Assembly (NCBI GenBank): GCA_030647205.1
Contig: JAUSJO010000002.1
Location: forward strand, 11,261-75,260
From: a bacterium
Lineage (GTDB): Bacteria > Patescibacteriota > CPR2 > UBA1875 > JAJYID01
Direction: 5' to 3'
Length of the DNA: 64,000 bases
Part shown: piece after piece, positions 10,140-19,852 of the stretch
Layout of the letters: each line of letters begins with the position of its first letter
How positions within the stretch are numbered: the stretch's first letter is position 1
Notes under the pieces: generated by a model
What the model was told of the DNA's origin: nothing
The model's input: the letters and a program-made list of their open reading frames with translations, nothing else
Databases searched by the model: none
Made by a program: the position numbers and the translations under genes

Positions 10140-10425
10140 TGTGGAAAAGGGCGGTATTTCTGTGGAATACCTCTGTAAAGAAAGCGCATATAAAGAGTCT
10201 TATAAACAACCACTAGAATTTATTTAAACAGTTAAAACAACCTATACCCAAGAAACACTTAAAGATACTCAACCAAAAACACAAGCAAAAACCATGATTT
10301 TAAGATTAAAATAAGCGTTATGAACAGTTTACACAGGTATTACTACAACAAACATTAAGTATTAATAAAGAAAAACAATTATAATTAAGGGAGGGGTTGG
10401 GGATTAGTTAAAAAGGAGTAAAGAT
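10140..10425. promoter_or_regulatory. putative oriC (DnaA boxes plus AT-rich unwinding region) between dnaA and dnaN
   Basis: TGTGGAAAA at ~10140 (identical 9-mer to the one upstream of dnaA). TGTGGAATA at ~10161. Followed by a ~230-bp stretch of >75% AT. Confidence 0.45.
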
Positions 10426-11532
10426 ATGAAAATAATTATACTAAAAGAAAACCTATCAAAAGGTCTAAATATTATAAGTCGTATAGTTTCAACTAGAGGA
10501 AGTCTGGAAGTTCTAAGTAATATTCTTATTAAAACAGAAAAGGGTAGAGTTTGTTTATCAGCGACAAATCTTGAAGTTGGAATAAATTATATGGTTGGTG
10601 CTAAGGTTGAAGAAGGTGGAGCAATAACTATCCCTGCAAGACTTTTTTCAGAACTTGTGAACTCTCTTCCGGGGGAAAAAATTACATTAGAGTTAGAAGG
10701 AGATACCCTTCATATAAAATCAGATAATTATCAGTCAAACATTAAAGGTATTTCGGCTGACGAGTTCCCATTGATACCAGAAATAAAAACTAATCAAATT
10801 TTTGAAATCAAGTCATCGGAGCTAAAAGAAGCTATAAATCTTGTTGGATTTGCAGCGGCAGCAGATGATACTCGCCCGGTTCTCGCTGGAGTTTATATGA
10901 AGATTGATGGCTCAAAGATTACTCTAGCAACGACGGATAGTTATAGATTGGCTGAAAAAGTGATAAATATTAGTAATGGAAAAGCCAAAAAAACAGAGAT
11001 AATTATCCCAGCTAAAACACTTATGGAGCTTAGCCGGATACTGGGAGAGTTGGCGGAAGATTCTCTTGTTAAGGTATATCTATCAGATAGCCAGATACTT
11101 TTTGAAGCAGACGGACTTGATTTTATCTCACGACTCATAGAAGGACAATTCCCTAACTATACTCAGATTATTCCGGAAAGTTCAGATACCGTGGCGCGAG
11201 TGCCAAAGGATGAGCTTTTAAGCGCTGTAAAAATAGCCAGCCTTTTTGCTAGGGAAAATGCAAATAGTATAAAGATATCAGTTAAGGCAAAGGGATTTTT
11301 AGAAGTAGATTCCGGCGGATCTCAAATAGGTGATAATAAGGCAAAAATTAAGATTGATGTATCGGGTAAGGATGGCGAAGTGTCGTTTAATGGCAAATAT
11401 ATTATAGATGCCTTAAATGCGATTCGAGAAAATGAAGTATCTCTAGCTATTAGCGGTAAGCTAAATCCCGGTGTTATAAAAACCATTAAAGATAAAAACT
11501 ACATTTATATTATAATGCCGCTTCGAAACTAG
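10426..11532 (+). CDS. dnaN: DNA polymerase III beta sliding clamp
   Basis: 368 aa, three-domain clamp similarity. dnaA-dnaN-recF synteny. Confidence 0.9.
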   Translation: MKIIILKENLSKGLNIISRIVSTRGSLEVLSNILIKTEKGRVCLSATNLEVGINYMVGAKVEEGGAITIPARLFSELVNSLPGEKITLELEGDTLHIKSDNYQSNIKGISADEFPLIPEIKTNQIFEIKSSELKEAINLVGFAAAADDTRPVLAGVYMKIDGSKITLATTDSYRLAEKVINISNGKAKKTEIIIPAKTLMELSRILGELAEDSLVKVYLSDSQILFEADGLDFISRLIEGQFPNYTQIIPESSDTVARVPKDELLSAVKIASLFARENANSIKISVKAKGFLEVDSGGSQIGDNKAKIKIDVSGKDGEVSFNGKYIIDALNAIRENEVSLAISGKLNPGVIKTIKDKNYIYIIMPLRN

Positions 11533-11535
11533 AAT

Positions 11536-12678
11536 ATGAAAATTAAGAAAATAAAACTACAAAACTTCCGCTCGTATAAGAGTCTGGAGGTTTCTTTTGG
11601 CGAGAAAAACATAATAGTCGGTGAAAACACTCAAGGAAAAACAAACTTACTTGAGGCAATATATCTAACTTCTGTCGGTAAGTCATTTCGCTCAAAAGAG
11701 TCTGATATGGTTTTATGGGCATGCGACCATTTCAGAATAGAGAGCGATGTTCTTGATGGGCATCCTCAAAAAATAGAATATATATTTGAGAAAAATGTTG
11801 GAAGGAACGGAAGGAAAACCGTTAAGATAAACGGCGCCAAGAAGCCAGCGTCAGCCCTTTTGGGTGGCTTCCCTTGCGTTTTCTTTACGCCTGACGAGAT
11901 AGACATGTTCTTTAGTTTCCCGTCCCTTAGACGCCGGCATTTAAACATTTTATTGTCAAAAATAAATAAGGAATATTCGTCAGAGTTAATAAAATATGCC
12001 CGTGTTTTAGAGCAAAGAAATGCACAGCTTAAGGCAATACTAAAAGGCCGTGGCAAAGAAGGTGATTTGGAATTATGGGATGGAAAACTAGCCGAACATG
12101 GGGCCGAGATAGTAAAAGAAAGACTGGGTTTGGTGTCAAAAATAAATGCAAATCTTAGGGAGAATTATAAAAAAGTGGCTCATGACGAGAAAGAGCTGGA
12201 GATGAAATACGAGCCGAGTGTGGGCGCTTTCTCTGTCATTCCCTCGCAGGAGGGAAACCAAAAAAATCCCACAAAAGACGAGATATGGGCGGCGTTTTTG
12301 GGGAAACTTCTCGAGTCGCGCAGGCGGGATATGGCAACCGGCACAACAAATGTGGGGCCGCATCGTGATGACGTGAGGCTTTATCTTTCCGGTAGAGACA
12401 TAACATCCTTTGGTTCAAGAGGAGAACATAGGAGCGCGATAGTTGCGCTCAAACTCTCGGAGATTGATATAATAAAGGACAAAACAGGAGAAACACCGGT
12501 ACTTTTGATGGACGATGTTTTTAGCGAACTCGATGAGAAAAGGAGAGAAAATCTAGTAAAAGCCTTTGAGGGGCAGCAAACAATTGTAACAACAACAGAC
12601 CTAGACCATATAGACAAAGATTTGCGCGAGGGAGCGACAATTTATGAAGCGAAAAATAGTAAACTCACGGAAATATAA
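11536..12678 (+). CDS. recF: DNA replication/repair protein RecF
   Basis: Walker A GENTQGKTN, SMC-like signature, Walker B LLMDDVFSELD. Confidence 0.9.
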   Translation: MKIKKIKLQNFRSYKSLEVSFGEKNIIVGENTQGKTNLLEAIYLTSVGKSFRSKESDMVLWACDHFRIESDVLDGHPQKIEYIFEKNVGRNGRKTVKINGAKKPASALLGGFPCVFFTPDEIDMFFSFPSLRRRHLNILLSKINKEYSSELIKYARVLEQRNAQLKAILKGRGKEGDLELWDGKLAEHGAEIVKERLGLVSKINANLRENYKKVAHDEKELEMKYEPSVGAFSVIPSQEGNQKNPTKDEIWAAFLGKLLESRRRDMATGTTNVGPHRDDVRLYLSGRDITSFGSRGEHRSAIVALKLSEIDIIKDKTGETPVLLMDDVFSELDEKRRENLVKAFEGQQTIVTTTDLDHIDKDLREGATIYEAKNSKLTEI

Positions 12679-12959
12679 TGGGGAATCTTGGTGACATTTT
12701 TGAAAAGAGGCTAGCGCATCTTGGTATAAAAAAACAGGTTGATGCGGCAATGATTTGCGAAGCTTTTGATAAGGCTGTTTTTGAGGTCTTTAGCGAGTCA
12801 GGTGCAAAAAATGTCAGGGCAGTTTCCTTTCGAAGTGGAGTGCTGAAAGTAGGCGTTACCTCAAGCGCTTGGGCAAATGAAGTTTCGTTAAGACAAATAG
12901 ATCTTAGGTCCGGAGAGGTTATTAGGATTGTTTACGAGTCCAGGGTTGATATGCTTTAG
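12678..12959 (+). CDS. DUF721 (DciA-like) protein
   Basis: 93 aa. Conserved post-recF position. ...VLKVGVTSSAWANEVSL... resembles the DUF721 core. Confidence 0.5.
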   Translation: MGNLGDIFEKRLAHLGIKKQVDAAMICEAFDKAVFEVFSESGAKNVRAVSFRSGVLKVGVTSSAWANEVSLRQIDLRSGEVIRIVYESRVDML

Positions 12960-12994
12960 TCTACTTTACTCCTTGAAGGTAAAGGATTCGACAT

Positions 12995-13480
12995 CTATTT
13001 TGCATATATTCTTGCTTCAGATACCTTGAACTGCTTGCCATCCCTAACCCAGTGGACCACTGCTATAGAAGATTTTTCTTCGGTTTTGCCTGCCTTGGAA
13101 GTATAGGTCTTTACGGTCACTTCCATCGTATAAGAACTTTTTTCCGGTGTAAACTTAGTAATATCCCCGGCACTTTGTTTGAAAGAATAGGAATTTTTCT
13201 TTAAGTTTTTTGATCTTTTGCTTTGGATGTCCTCGCTTTGGACTAGTTGTTTGTAGTAAGAGTCTGTCACAAACCCCCTCAGCTTTTTATAATATTCATC
13301 GGGGTACGTATTGTAGTCGTATGTGCCCCAAGCAACAACAAAATCTTTGGTAAGGGGGGTCAGCTCTTTTTTTACTGAGGCATTTTTCCAACTAGTTATA
13401 ATCCTCGGGCCAAGAACAACCCCAAGAAGCACAAGGAAAAGGACAATAGAGAATATAATCAATCTTTTTAAGTTAAACAT
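12995..13480 (-). CDS. bitopic membrane protein, hypothetical (distal gene of the T4SS-like locus)
   Basis: N-terminal TM (LIIFSIVLFLVLLGVVLG). No recognisable domain. Confidence 0.45.
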   Translation of the reverse strand: MFNLKRLIIFSIVLFLVLLGVVLGPRIITSWKNASVKKELTPLTKDFVVAWGTYDYNTYPDEYYKKLRGFVTDSYYKQLVQSEDIQSKRSKNLKKNSYSFKQSAGDITKFTPEKSSYTMEVTVKTYTSKAGKTEEKSSIAVVHWVRDGKQFKVSEARIYAK

Positions 13481-13501
13481 TTTTTCTCCTAGATTTAGAT
13501 A

Positions 13502-14158
13502 TTAACACCGTAACCCCTCGTATCTTGACATAACTTCGTTTGCGTAATCTACAGTCTCGCCGCATCCGCATGTATAACAACACCCAGAACCCCCATTATA
13601 GCTGGCAGCAGCGTTAGTCATGTCGCTTGCCGCCCCCAGGCTGGCTAAATAGTTTGCCGCAGAAAAGGCCGCATCCCAGGGATTCGTTCGGTCGAGGACC
13701 CCATCGCCGTTACCGTCAACAGCGATTCCCGGCCAGGTCCCTGGCGTTATCTGAAATGGTCCATCTTCACCGCACCATTCGAAGCTACCATCTCGAGCAG
13801 TACATTCTTGCAGTTGGATTGATGCTAGAAAAGCCGGATCAAGCCCATATTGCTGAGCGGCCGCTAGAATAGCATCCTGCATCTCTTGCGGTATTTCGGG
13901 GGCATTTATGCAGCCGTCACCAGGAGTGGGTCCAGTTGGGCAGATTTGACTGCCATCAGGGAGAGTAATCAGATTGCCGCCACCACCACACCCGGGCCCC
14001 TTACACCCGCCCCAGACGGGGTCGTTGGGGGTTGCTCCGTTAAGATCGCTCCATTCTTCGGCTAAGCCTGTATTAAGAGGGATAAAAACAAAAGCTAAAA
14101 AAAGAGCAAGAGTGGTGGTTTTCAATGTAAGTGTCTTGTTAAATTTCTTTAAAAACAT
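13502..14158 (-). CDS. secreted lytic transglycosylase-like (SLT domain) protein
   Basis: Signal peptide. ...QLQECTARDGS...GPFQITPGTW... resembles the SLT catalytic Glu/GLMQ region. Cys-rich tail. Confidence 0.5.
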   Translation of the reverse strand: MFLKKFNKTLTLKTTTLALFLAFVFIPLNTGLAEEWSDLNGATPNDPVWGGCKGPGCGGGGNLITLPDGSQICPTGPTPGDGCINAPEIPQEMQDAILAAAQQYGLDPAFLASIQLQECTARDGSFEWCGEDGPFQITPGTWPGIAVDGNGDGVLDRTNPWDAAFSAANYLASLGAASDMTNAAASYNGGSGCCYTCGCGETVDYANEVMSRYEGLRC

Positions 14159-14167
14159 AGTTAAGAC

Positions 14168-14869
14168 TTAATATTTTATCGGCTTTAATATATCTTCTGA
14201 GGCAGAGATGCCTTTTGCGCTGTCTACTATTTCACTTGGGGCTCCTTGGCTTTTTAAGACATCAATGACTGATTTTTTCGCCTGAATATCTGGCAATATC
14301 TCTTTCCACTTACCGTTTTCTTTTTTCAAAAATCGTTTTTGCCCAAAAATATAACCACCAGGAAGGGTTATACTTACTGATGCCCAGTCGCCGACGATTT
14401 TTTGATTTGTAACGATTGCTTTCGACTCATCGTTTATTCCTAAAATTTTTCTTATGTCAGACAGATCTTTTTCGGAGCTTTTTTTGTAGCTTTCGATCGA
14501 TGCATTAACTTTATCAATGCTTTTTTGGATTAGTTCAAGAGAATTTTCGTATTTTTTCTTTGACACTTTCTTGGAGACTTCATCGAAGTCTTTGTCGAGA
14601 GTGTTTTTGTCATAACCGGTAATAGAAGCCTTCAAAAGGAGAGCATTTTTCACCAGCCCGATGGATTTTTTGATGTTTTCGTCGGCATCTTTGTCGTTTG
14701 ACTCTTTTTTAAAATCAGAGTCTTTAGCTAGCTGGTTCTCGGTTGCTATTCGCTTATAGTTTCTAGAATAGTTCATTGCCGATCCTCCCAATGAAAAGAT
14801 TAACATGAAAATGACAAAGAGTATTGCTAGCAAGATAACTATTATTACTAAAATCTTTTTGTTTATCAT
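14168..14869 (-). CDS. bitopic membrane protein, hypothetical (VirB8-like position)
   Basis: Single N-terminal TM plus ~200-aa extracytoplasmic Lys/Asp-rich domain. Confidence 0.4.
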   Translation of the reverse strand: MINKKILVIIVILLAILFVIFMLIFSLGGSAMNYSRNYKRIATENQLAKDSDFKKESNDKDADENIKKSIGLVKNALLLKASITGYDKNTLDKDFDEVSKKVSKKKYENSLELIQKSIDKVNASIESYKKSSEKDLSDIRKILGINDESKAIVTNQKIVGDWASVSITLPGGYIFGQKRFLKKENGKWKEILPDIQAKKSVIDVLKSQGAPSEIVDSAKGISASEDILKPIKY

Positions 14870-14889
14870 AATTTTCTAATCCTAACCTG

Positions 14890-15603
14890 TTATTTAGCGG
14901 GTCTAAATACTCTGTCAGGCGGGCACTCGCCGACATCAAAGAATGTACTGTAGTGAACATCCGGGTAGTTGCCACCCTCTTGTATTAGATTAAATCCCCC
15001 TAAAGATAATGCTGAGTGGGCCCCGTTAACATAACCGCAGAAGGGGTCGCTCCAGTAAAGAATATCACCCAACTTAATAGATCCATCTTTTACTTCTATG
15101 GCAGTACTTGGGCCAGTATTCTTGGGCAGATTTTTTATCCCCGCCCAGTAGTATGACCAAGTAACAAGCCCCCAGCAGTCATAGTTAGCCGCTCCCTCTG
15201 GCGGTGGCCACTGGTCATAGGGGATAGCAGGAGCATACAGAAGATAGGGTTTGCCAAGTTGACTCTTTGCATAACAAACAGCTTTTTCCGGTATGGTTGG
15301 TTGCTTATCGCATTCGGTAGAAGGGGGCGGTTCCTGGGGAGGGGTCGGTGTGTCGCAAACATTGCACTGATCGTTGCCATTACAATATTTGCAATATTCA
15401 GCGACGGCTGCATCATCATTTGGATCGGGACAATAGCAAGTATCGCAGCGCTTTGATTTCTCGAGTGAACATGCAGCATATGCGTTTCCCGGTGTTATAA
15501 ATGATGAGATAAAAACAAAGACAAGGAAAAAAGTTAAAATAATTACTGAAGAAAAGAATTCCCTCATATCGTTGTCTAAATTAAGTTTCTTGAATTTGCT
15601 CAT
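14890..15603 (-). CDS. secreted NlpC/P60-family cysteine peptidase-like protein
   Basis: N-terminal TM/signal. Cys-rich linker. AKSQLGKPYLLY...YDCWGLVTWSYYWAG...LGDILYW...GAHSALSLGG (Cys-His-polar NlpC/P60 order). Confidence 0.55.
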   Translation of the reverse strand: MSKFKKLNLDNDMREFFSSVIILTFFLVFVFISSFITPGNAYAACSLEKSKRCDTCYCPDPNDDAAVAEYCKYCNGNDQCNVCDTPTPPQEPPPSTECDKQPTIPEKAVCYAKSQLGKPYLLYAPAIPYDQWPPPEGAANYDCWGLVTWSYYWAGIKNLPKNTGPSTAIEVKDGSIKLGDILYWSDPFCGYVNGAHSALSLGGFNLIQEGGNYPDVHYSTFFDVGECPPDRVFRPAK

Positions 15604-15688
15604 TTGTTTAGTCTTGGTTTAATATCCCTCTCAGATATAATAGCATATGTATTTTTAATAATAAATTCGGTATAGGTAGGCGGCCCTT

Positions 15689-16294
15689 TTATCTATATTG
15701 CCATATGATAGTCAAATTCTTTTCCGGATGGGGGACTCCGTTTGCGTCAAACCACTCAAGAACCCGCCTTTTGGCTTCCTCGGGATTTTCCTTGGAAACA
15801 TAAACAAAGAATTTATCATCATATGTCGGCTTGTTTATGTAGTAATATTTGGAGTCATCCTTGAAGGGCAGCTTATAGTAGAAGGGATATTTGTTCCTTA
15901 CAGACTCTAGTTTTGCTTGCCAGCTTGGGTCTGGTCTTCCACCGCCAAAGTTTGACTCTAGCGCCTTTTGTGATGGCCGATGCGGGCTCCTCTTTAAAGT
16001 ATATGAGAGCTTGATATTTTTGTCGGATGAACTCACTTTAAAATCGGCTTCTTGGTCTTGGTAGCCGTCTTTTGAGAGTTTTATTTTATAGTTTCCGGGC
16101 TTGATCTTAATCTCAGAAGGGGTTTTGCCTTCCTCGGACCCAACCTTAAAAGATGCTTCGTTCGGGATTGTGCTGATTGATACCGTTAATTTTTTGTTTT
16201 TGGGTATTAAAATAAGAGCGCCCACTAGAAAGGCCAACAAGATCACCGAAAGTAGGGCCACTCCTATGATTGTCTTTTTATTATTATTCACCAT
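15689..16294 (-). CDS. membrane-anchored PEGA-domain protein
   Basis: N-terminal TM, then ...GKTPSEIKIKPGNYKIKLSKDGYQDQEADFKV (PEGA-like beta-sandwich motif). Confidence 0.45.
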   Translation of the reverse strand: MVNNNKKTIIGVALLSVILLAFLVGALILIPKNKKLTVSISTIPNEASFKVGSEEGKTPSEIKIKPGNYKIKLSKDGYQDQEADFKVSSSDKNIKLSYTLKRSPHRPSQKALESNFGGGRPDPSWQAKLESVRNKYPFYYKLPFKDDSKYYYINKPTYDDKFFVYVSKENPEEAKRRVLEWFDANGVPHPEKNLTIIWQYR

Positions 16295-16305
16295 ATATTA
16301 AAACC

Positions 16306-18003
16306 TCATTTATAAAAAGAAATATTTGTTCCACCCATCATTCCCTCGAACTCACCTTGTGACACAATATAGACATCCCCACAACACCCCGGATCATAAA
16401 CGTAATAATTTGAACCGTCAAACCCCGCAACCGCCACAAAGTGTCCGCCAGAGTAAGTACCGCAAATATTTCCACTGACACCAACAACCATCGGTTCATG
16501 AGTTGAGGTTAAGAAGTCTCTTACGGCTTGTGCTCCCGGCTGTTGTTGATAGGAGAGGCCGCACGTGCTTGCTGCGGTATCCCAGACCGCACCTTCGTTT
16601 CCGCTAGTGCCCACGGCAGCGTTTAAGCTTCCCGGATCAATACTACAGCCATACCAGGCGGCAACTATTGCAGCTGAAGTTAAGCCACACCCACAATCTT
16701 GCATGTTGCATCCCCACCAAGTTGGATCATTCCACCAGGGTGCACCACCGCACCAGTTGCCTTGTTTCCAATTGTTAAGAACAGGAATGTTGTTTGGGTC
16801 TCGCTGGCCAGGGGTGCCGATGCCTCCCATACCCCCACCACCGGTACCCCCACCCCCGCCTCCACCGCCTTTTCCACTTTTCATGCCGATGGCTTCGCAG
16901 TTTTGCATCAGATAATTATAGAAAGAAAGAGCCCCGGTATTTTTCCAGTTGGCGGTTCCGGTGATTGCCATACTGGGAACCAGTGAATTTTTAGATATCC
17001 ATGGATCTTTTAGGACCTCGCTTAGCTGGTCATTAGTTTCACATTTATAGCAACCCAGGAGATTTTGCAGATTTTCACCTGTGTATTTCCCGTCGGTAAG
17101 ATACATGCATTCATAGTGCCTTAAGATAACGGCAACATTTAGAAAATCCTGAGGATCACTGTATGATTTTTTCACGCTAATGCCCTGGTCAGGCTTGCCG
17201 TCAGTACCATACCAGATATCTCCTGTAATCGGGTCGCGTCGGTAGTTTGCTTTTTGGATTTCCCAACCTAGTTGGATGAGAGCCTGCTCGTTAGTCAAGC
17301 CACGCTCATCAGCTGCCCCCTGATTCCAAACCTTGAAATCTACAGCTGCGATGACTTGCCAAGGGGTTTCTGTTTCTTTCTCGGCTTTCCTAAGAGCATC
17401 GTAATAGCAGGGATCAAGTGTTGGGCTCTTTGCTTTGTTCGCAAAGCATGAGAGGTCGCCGGTAATGGAGTTGCAATAGCCCGTGGTCATTGTCTCTTGC
17501 TGGGATCCTTGTATGAGGGCTATTATCAAAAAGCCAATAAATATAAAACCGATTATAAGAAGCACGGTGGAGCCACCGACCCAGCCACCCACCAACCATA
17601 TGATACGTTTCTTTATTTGTTGCTTTAAGAAGTTCTCAGCCGTGCCTTTTGGATCTTGGGCGGCTCCTTTAAGTTGCCTCCCCTTGTTTCTAAGTGCATT
17701 TGCTCTGTCCTTGGTAGCGCTAGACCCCTTATCCCCTGCAGCTGCACCGGTCTTTTCTCCGGCGCCCTTATCTCCTTTTCCGCTGCCTTTTTTGTCCGAG
17801 CCGTCACCCTTTTTATCAGTGTTGCTACCTGTATTTTCTCCCGAAGAGCTCCCAGTGTCTGTTCCCTTTGATCCTTTACCATAGTCTTCTAGACTCTTGC
17901 CTGATCGGTGACTGTCGTCATAGCTTCCCAAAGAGGAGCCGCCGCCCTCTCCCTGTTCCATTTCTTCCGGTTCTATTTCTTCATTTTCTTCTTCCGGATC
18001 CAT
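16306..18003 (-). CDS. PrgK/VirB1-like multidomain cell-wall hydrolase (acidic disordered N-tail, TM, transglycosylase-like middle, Gly run, C-terminal papain-like C39/CHAP-type peptidase)
   Basis: Translationally coupled to the VirB4 stop. ~135-aa low-complexity cytoplasmic tail, one TM. GGGGGGGTGGGGMGG linker. C-terminal QDCGCGLTSAAIVAAWYG ... GHFVAV ... DP is a C39-like Cys/His/Asp arrangement. Confidence 0.5.
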   Translation of the reverse strand: MDPEEENEEIEPEEMEQGEGGGSSLGSYDDSHRSGKSLEDYGKGSKGTDTGSSSGENTGSNTDKKGDGSDKKGSGKGDKGAGEKTGAAAGDKGSSATKDRANALRNKGRQLKGAAQDPKGTAENFLKQQIKKRIIWLVGGWVGGSTVLLIIGFIFIGFLIIALIQGSQQETMTTGYCNSITGDLSCFANKAKSPTLDPCYYDALRKAEKETETPWQVIAAVDFKVWNQGAADERGLTNEQALIQLGWEIQKANYRRDPITGDIWYGTDGKPDQGISVKKSYSDPQDFLNVAVILRHYECMYLTDGKYTGENLQNLLGCYKCETNDQLSEVLKDPWISKNSLVPSMAITGTANWKNTGALSFYNYLMQNCEAIGMKSGKGGGGGGGGTGGGGMGGIGTPGQRDPNNIPVLNNWKQGNWCGGAPWWNDPTWWGCNMQDCGCGLTSAAIVAAWYGCSIDPGSLNAAVGTSGNEGAVWDTAASTCGLSYQQQPGAQAVRDFLTSTHEPMVVGVSGNICGTYSGGHFVAVAGFDGSNYYVYDPGCCGDVYIVSQGEFEGMMGGTNISFYK

Positions 18004-19821
18004 CTAGGCCTCCTCATTTTCCGCTTTTTGTTCAGCCATTCTTTTTAGCTGTTCAGGGTTGGTTGTCACTAGGGAATCTTCTTTCATAGAGCAGATTATT
18101 TGGACGATAGCATGATTCATGCCAGCAATAAATATTCCTTCACCCGTGGAGCACTGAAGCAGGAAGTTTTTCTCGGGGGCAGTCAGGTCAAACACTTCTT
18201 GCATCAAATCAACTTGGGATGGATGTTGTTTTAAGAGTAGGGCCAGTGCCGCATTTGAAATCAAAGGTTTCCCGTATTCGCTTTTTAAGAAGTCGCCAAT
18301 ATCTTGTCCTATAGTGGTTAGGCCGAGGTAATATTTTCTGCCTCTTTTGGCTATAGAATATAAGAACTGTGCCGAATCTTCGTATTTCATCAAAACCCAG
18401 GCTTCATCCACAACCAGAATTCTCTTTTTCCTCTCACTTTTTACTTTGTTCCAAATAAAGTTAAGTACGCTATACATGGCAATGGGACGCAAGTCCTCTT
18501 CCAGATCTCTTATGCAGAAGCAGACAAAACGATTGGCAAGAGAAATGTTTGAGTAGTCATTGAATAGTCCTGAAAAGGTTCCCTCAGTAAACTTCTGAAG
18601 CCTGAGGGCCATGCTTTCTCCGCCGGGGATACTTTCAAGGACATGTTGAAGGTCAGACATTAGTGGTGGCGCCAAGCGGTGAGTTTTCGGGTCTTCTGTA
18701 ATTCCTTTTACTGCGTATGTTTCGGCTAAGGCCTTGTCCAAAACATTGCTCTCTTCATCCGAAAGTTTCCCCATCATTGTCCTTAGAAGGCCGGTAAGAG
18801 CGATAACATTACTTCTGAGGGAGTCCCTTTGTTCGGTATAGTCTGTAAGGTTTTGCGGAAGGTCAAAAGGATTGATAACGTCTTTAGAGTTTAAGTGGAT
18901 ATTTGCATAAGTTCCGCCAACTGCCTCACAAAGAGACTGAAATTCTTTTTCCGGGTCGATCACTATAATGTCTGCGTCAAACATCAGTTGCCGTAAAAGC
19001 TCAAGCTTTGTGGCATACGATTTACCACCACCGGATACCCCCAGTACGACCGAGTTATAGTTTTGGAGCTTAAATCGGTCAAAGATTATTAAACTGTTGT
19101 TAACTTTGTTAGCGCCGTATAAGATGCCTTCATTGTTGGTAAGTGTTGAGGATACAAACGGGAAGGATGCGGACACAGCCTCCGTATCCATATTTCTGGA
19201 GACGGTGAGCTCGTCTTTGCCCATTGGCAGGGTAGAGTTTAGCCCTTGTTCCATTTGTAGGTTGGCATGTTTTGTGAATACCAGTTGCGTTCCGAACATG
19301 TTCTCCACTATCTTGGTGCACTCGTTTAGCTTATCAAGAGACTCTTCATAGAGAGTGATGTACATGCCTTGCTTAAACATCTTTGACTGTCCGGTGACGA
19401 GGTTATCGCGAAGATTTTCTATATCGGAGTATGTTGCTTCAAGAAATGGATTTCTCGTTAGGCCTTTTTCGGCCTCCATAACCATTGATGACTCTATCTG
19501 GGTTGACTTGGCTCGTAGCTTTTTCGCAACTTCTTCTGTGTTTTGAGGGTATATAAAGATAGACAGATCAAGCATTATGTCTATATTTACAACAGGTGAA
19601 AGCCAGCTAGAGTCTAGAAATCTGGGATATTCATAGACAAAAAGGGTTCTTGTAAAAGTATCCCCGATTTTAAGATGGTCAAAAGCTAGCTCAAAGCTGG
19701 ATGGCGCTATCATGTCGCGAATAGAGGACATACCCTCCTGAAAGGACTGCTGCCTCTGCATTTCCTGAAGCTCCGCCGCTGTTGGTGGCTTCTGTTTTCC
19801 TAAAAGTTTGTCTAAAAACAT
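18004..19821 (-). CDS. virB4: VirB4/TrbE/CagE-family type IV secretion ATPase
   Basis: Walker A VLGVSGGGKSYAT, Walker B ILVVDEAW. ~600 aa conjugative ATPase similarity. Confidence 0.85.
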   Translation of the reverse strand: MFLDKLLGKQKPPTAAELQEMQRQQSFQEGMSSIRDMIAPSSFELAFDHLKIGDTFTRTLFVYEYPRFLDSSWLSPVVNIDIMLDLSIFIYPQNTEEVAKKLRAKSTQIESSMVMEAEKGLTRNPFLEATYSDIENLRDNLVTGQSKMFKQGMYITLYEESLDKLNECTKIVENMFGTQLVFTKHANLQMEQGLNSTLPMGKDELTVSRNMDTEAVSASFPFVSSTLTNNEGILYGANKVNNSLIIFDRFKLQNYNSVVLGVSGGGKSYATKLELLRQLMFDADIIVIDPEKEFQSLCEAVGGTYANIHLNSKDVINPFDLPQNLTDYTEQRDSLRSNVIALTGLLRTMMGKLSDEESNVLDKALAETYAVKGITEDPKTHRLAPPLMSDLQHVLESIPGGESMALRLQKFTEGTFSGLFNDYSNISLANRFVCFCIRDLEEDLRPIAMYSVLNFIWNKVKSERKKRILVVDEAWVLMKYEDSAQFLYSIAKRGRKYYLGLTTIGQDIGDFLKSEYGKPLISNAALALLLKQHPSQVDLMQEVFDLTAPEKNFLLQCSTGEGIFIAGMNHAIVQIICSMKEDSLVTTNPEQLKRMAEQKAENEEA

Positions 19822-19852
19822 ATTTTAAATCCTTAAGCTTACAGCTCTTATT

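Noticed and set aside
16565-16986. Pro-rich plus-strand ORFs (PPPVPPPPPPPP)
   Set aside because: They are the antisense reading of the Gly-run in the PrgK-like hydrolase.
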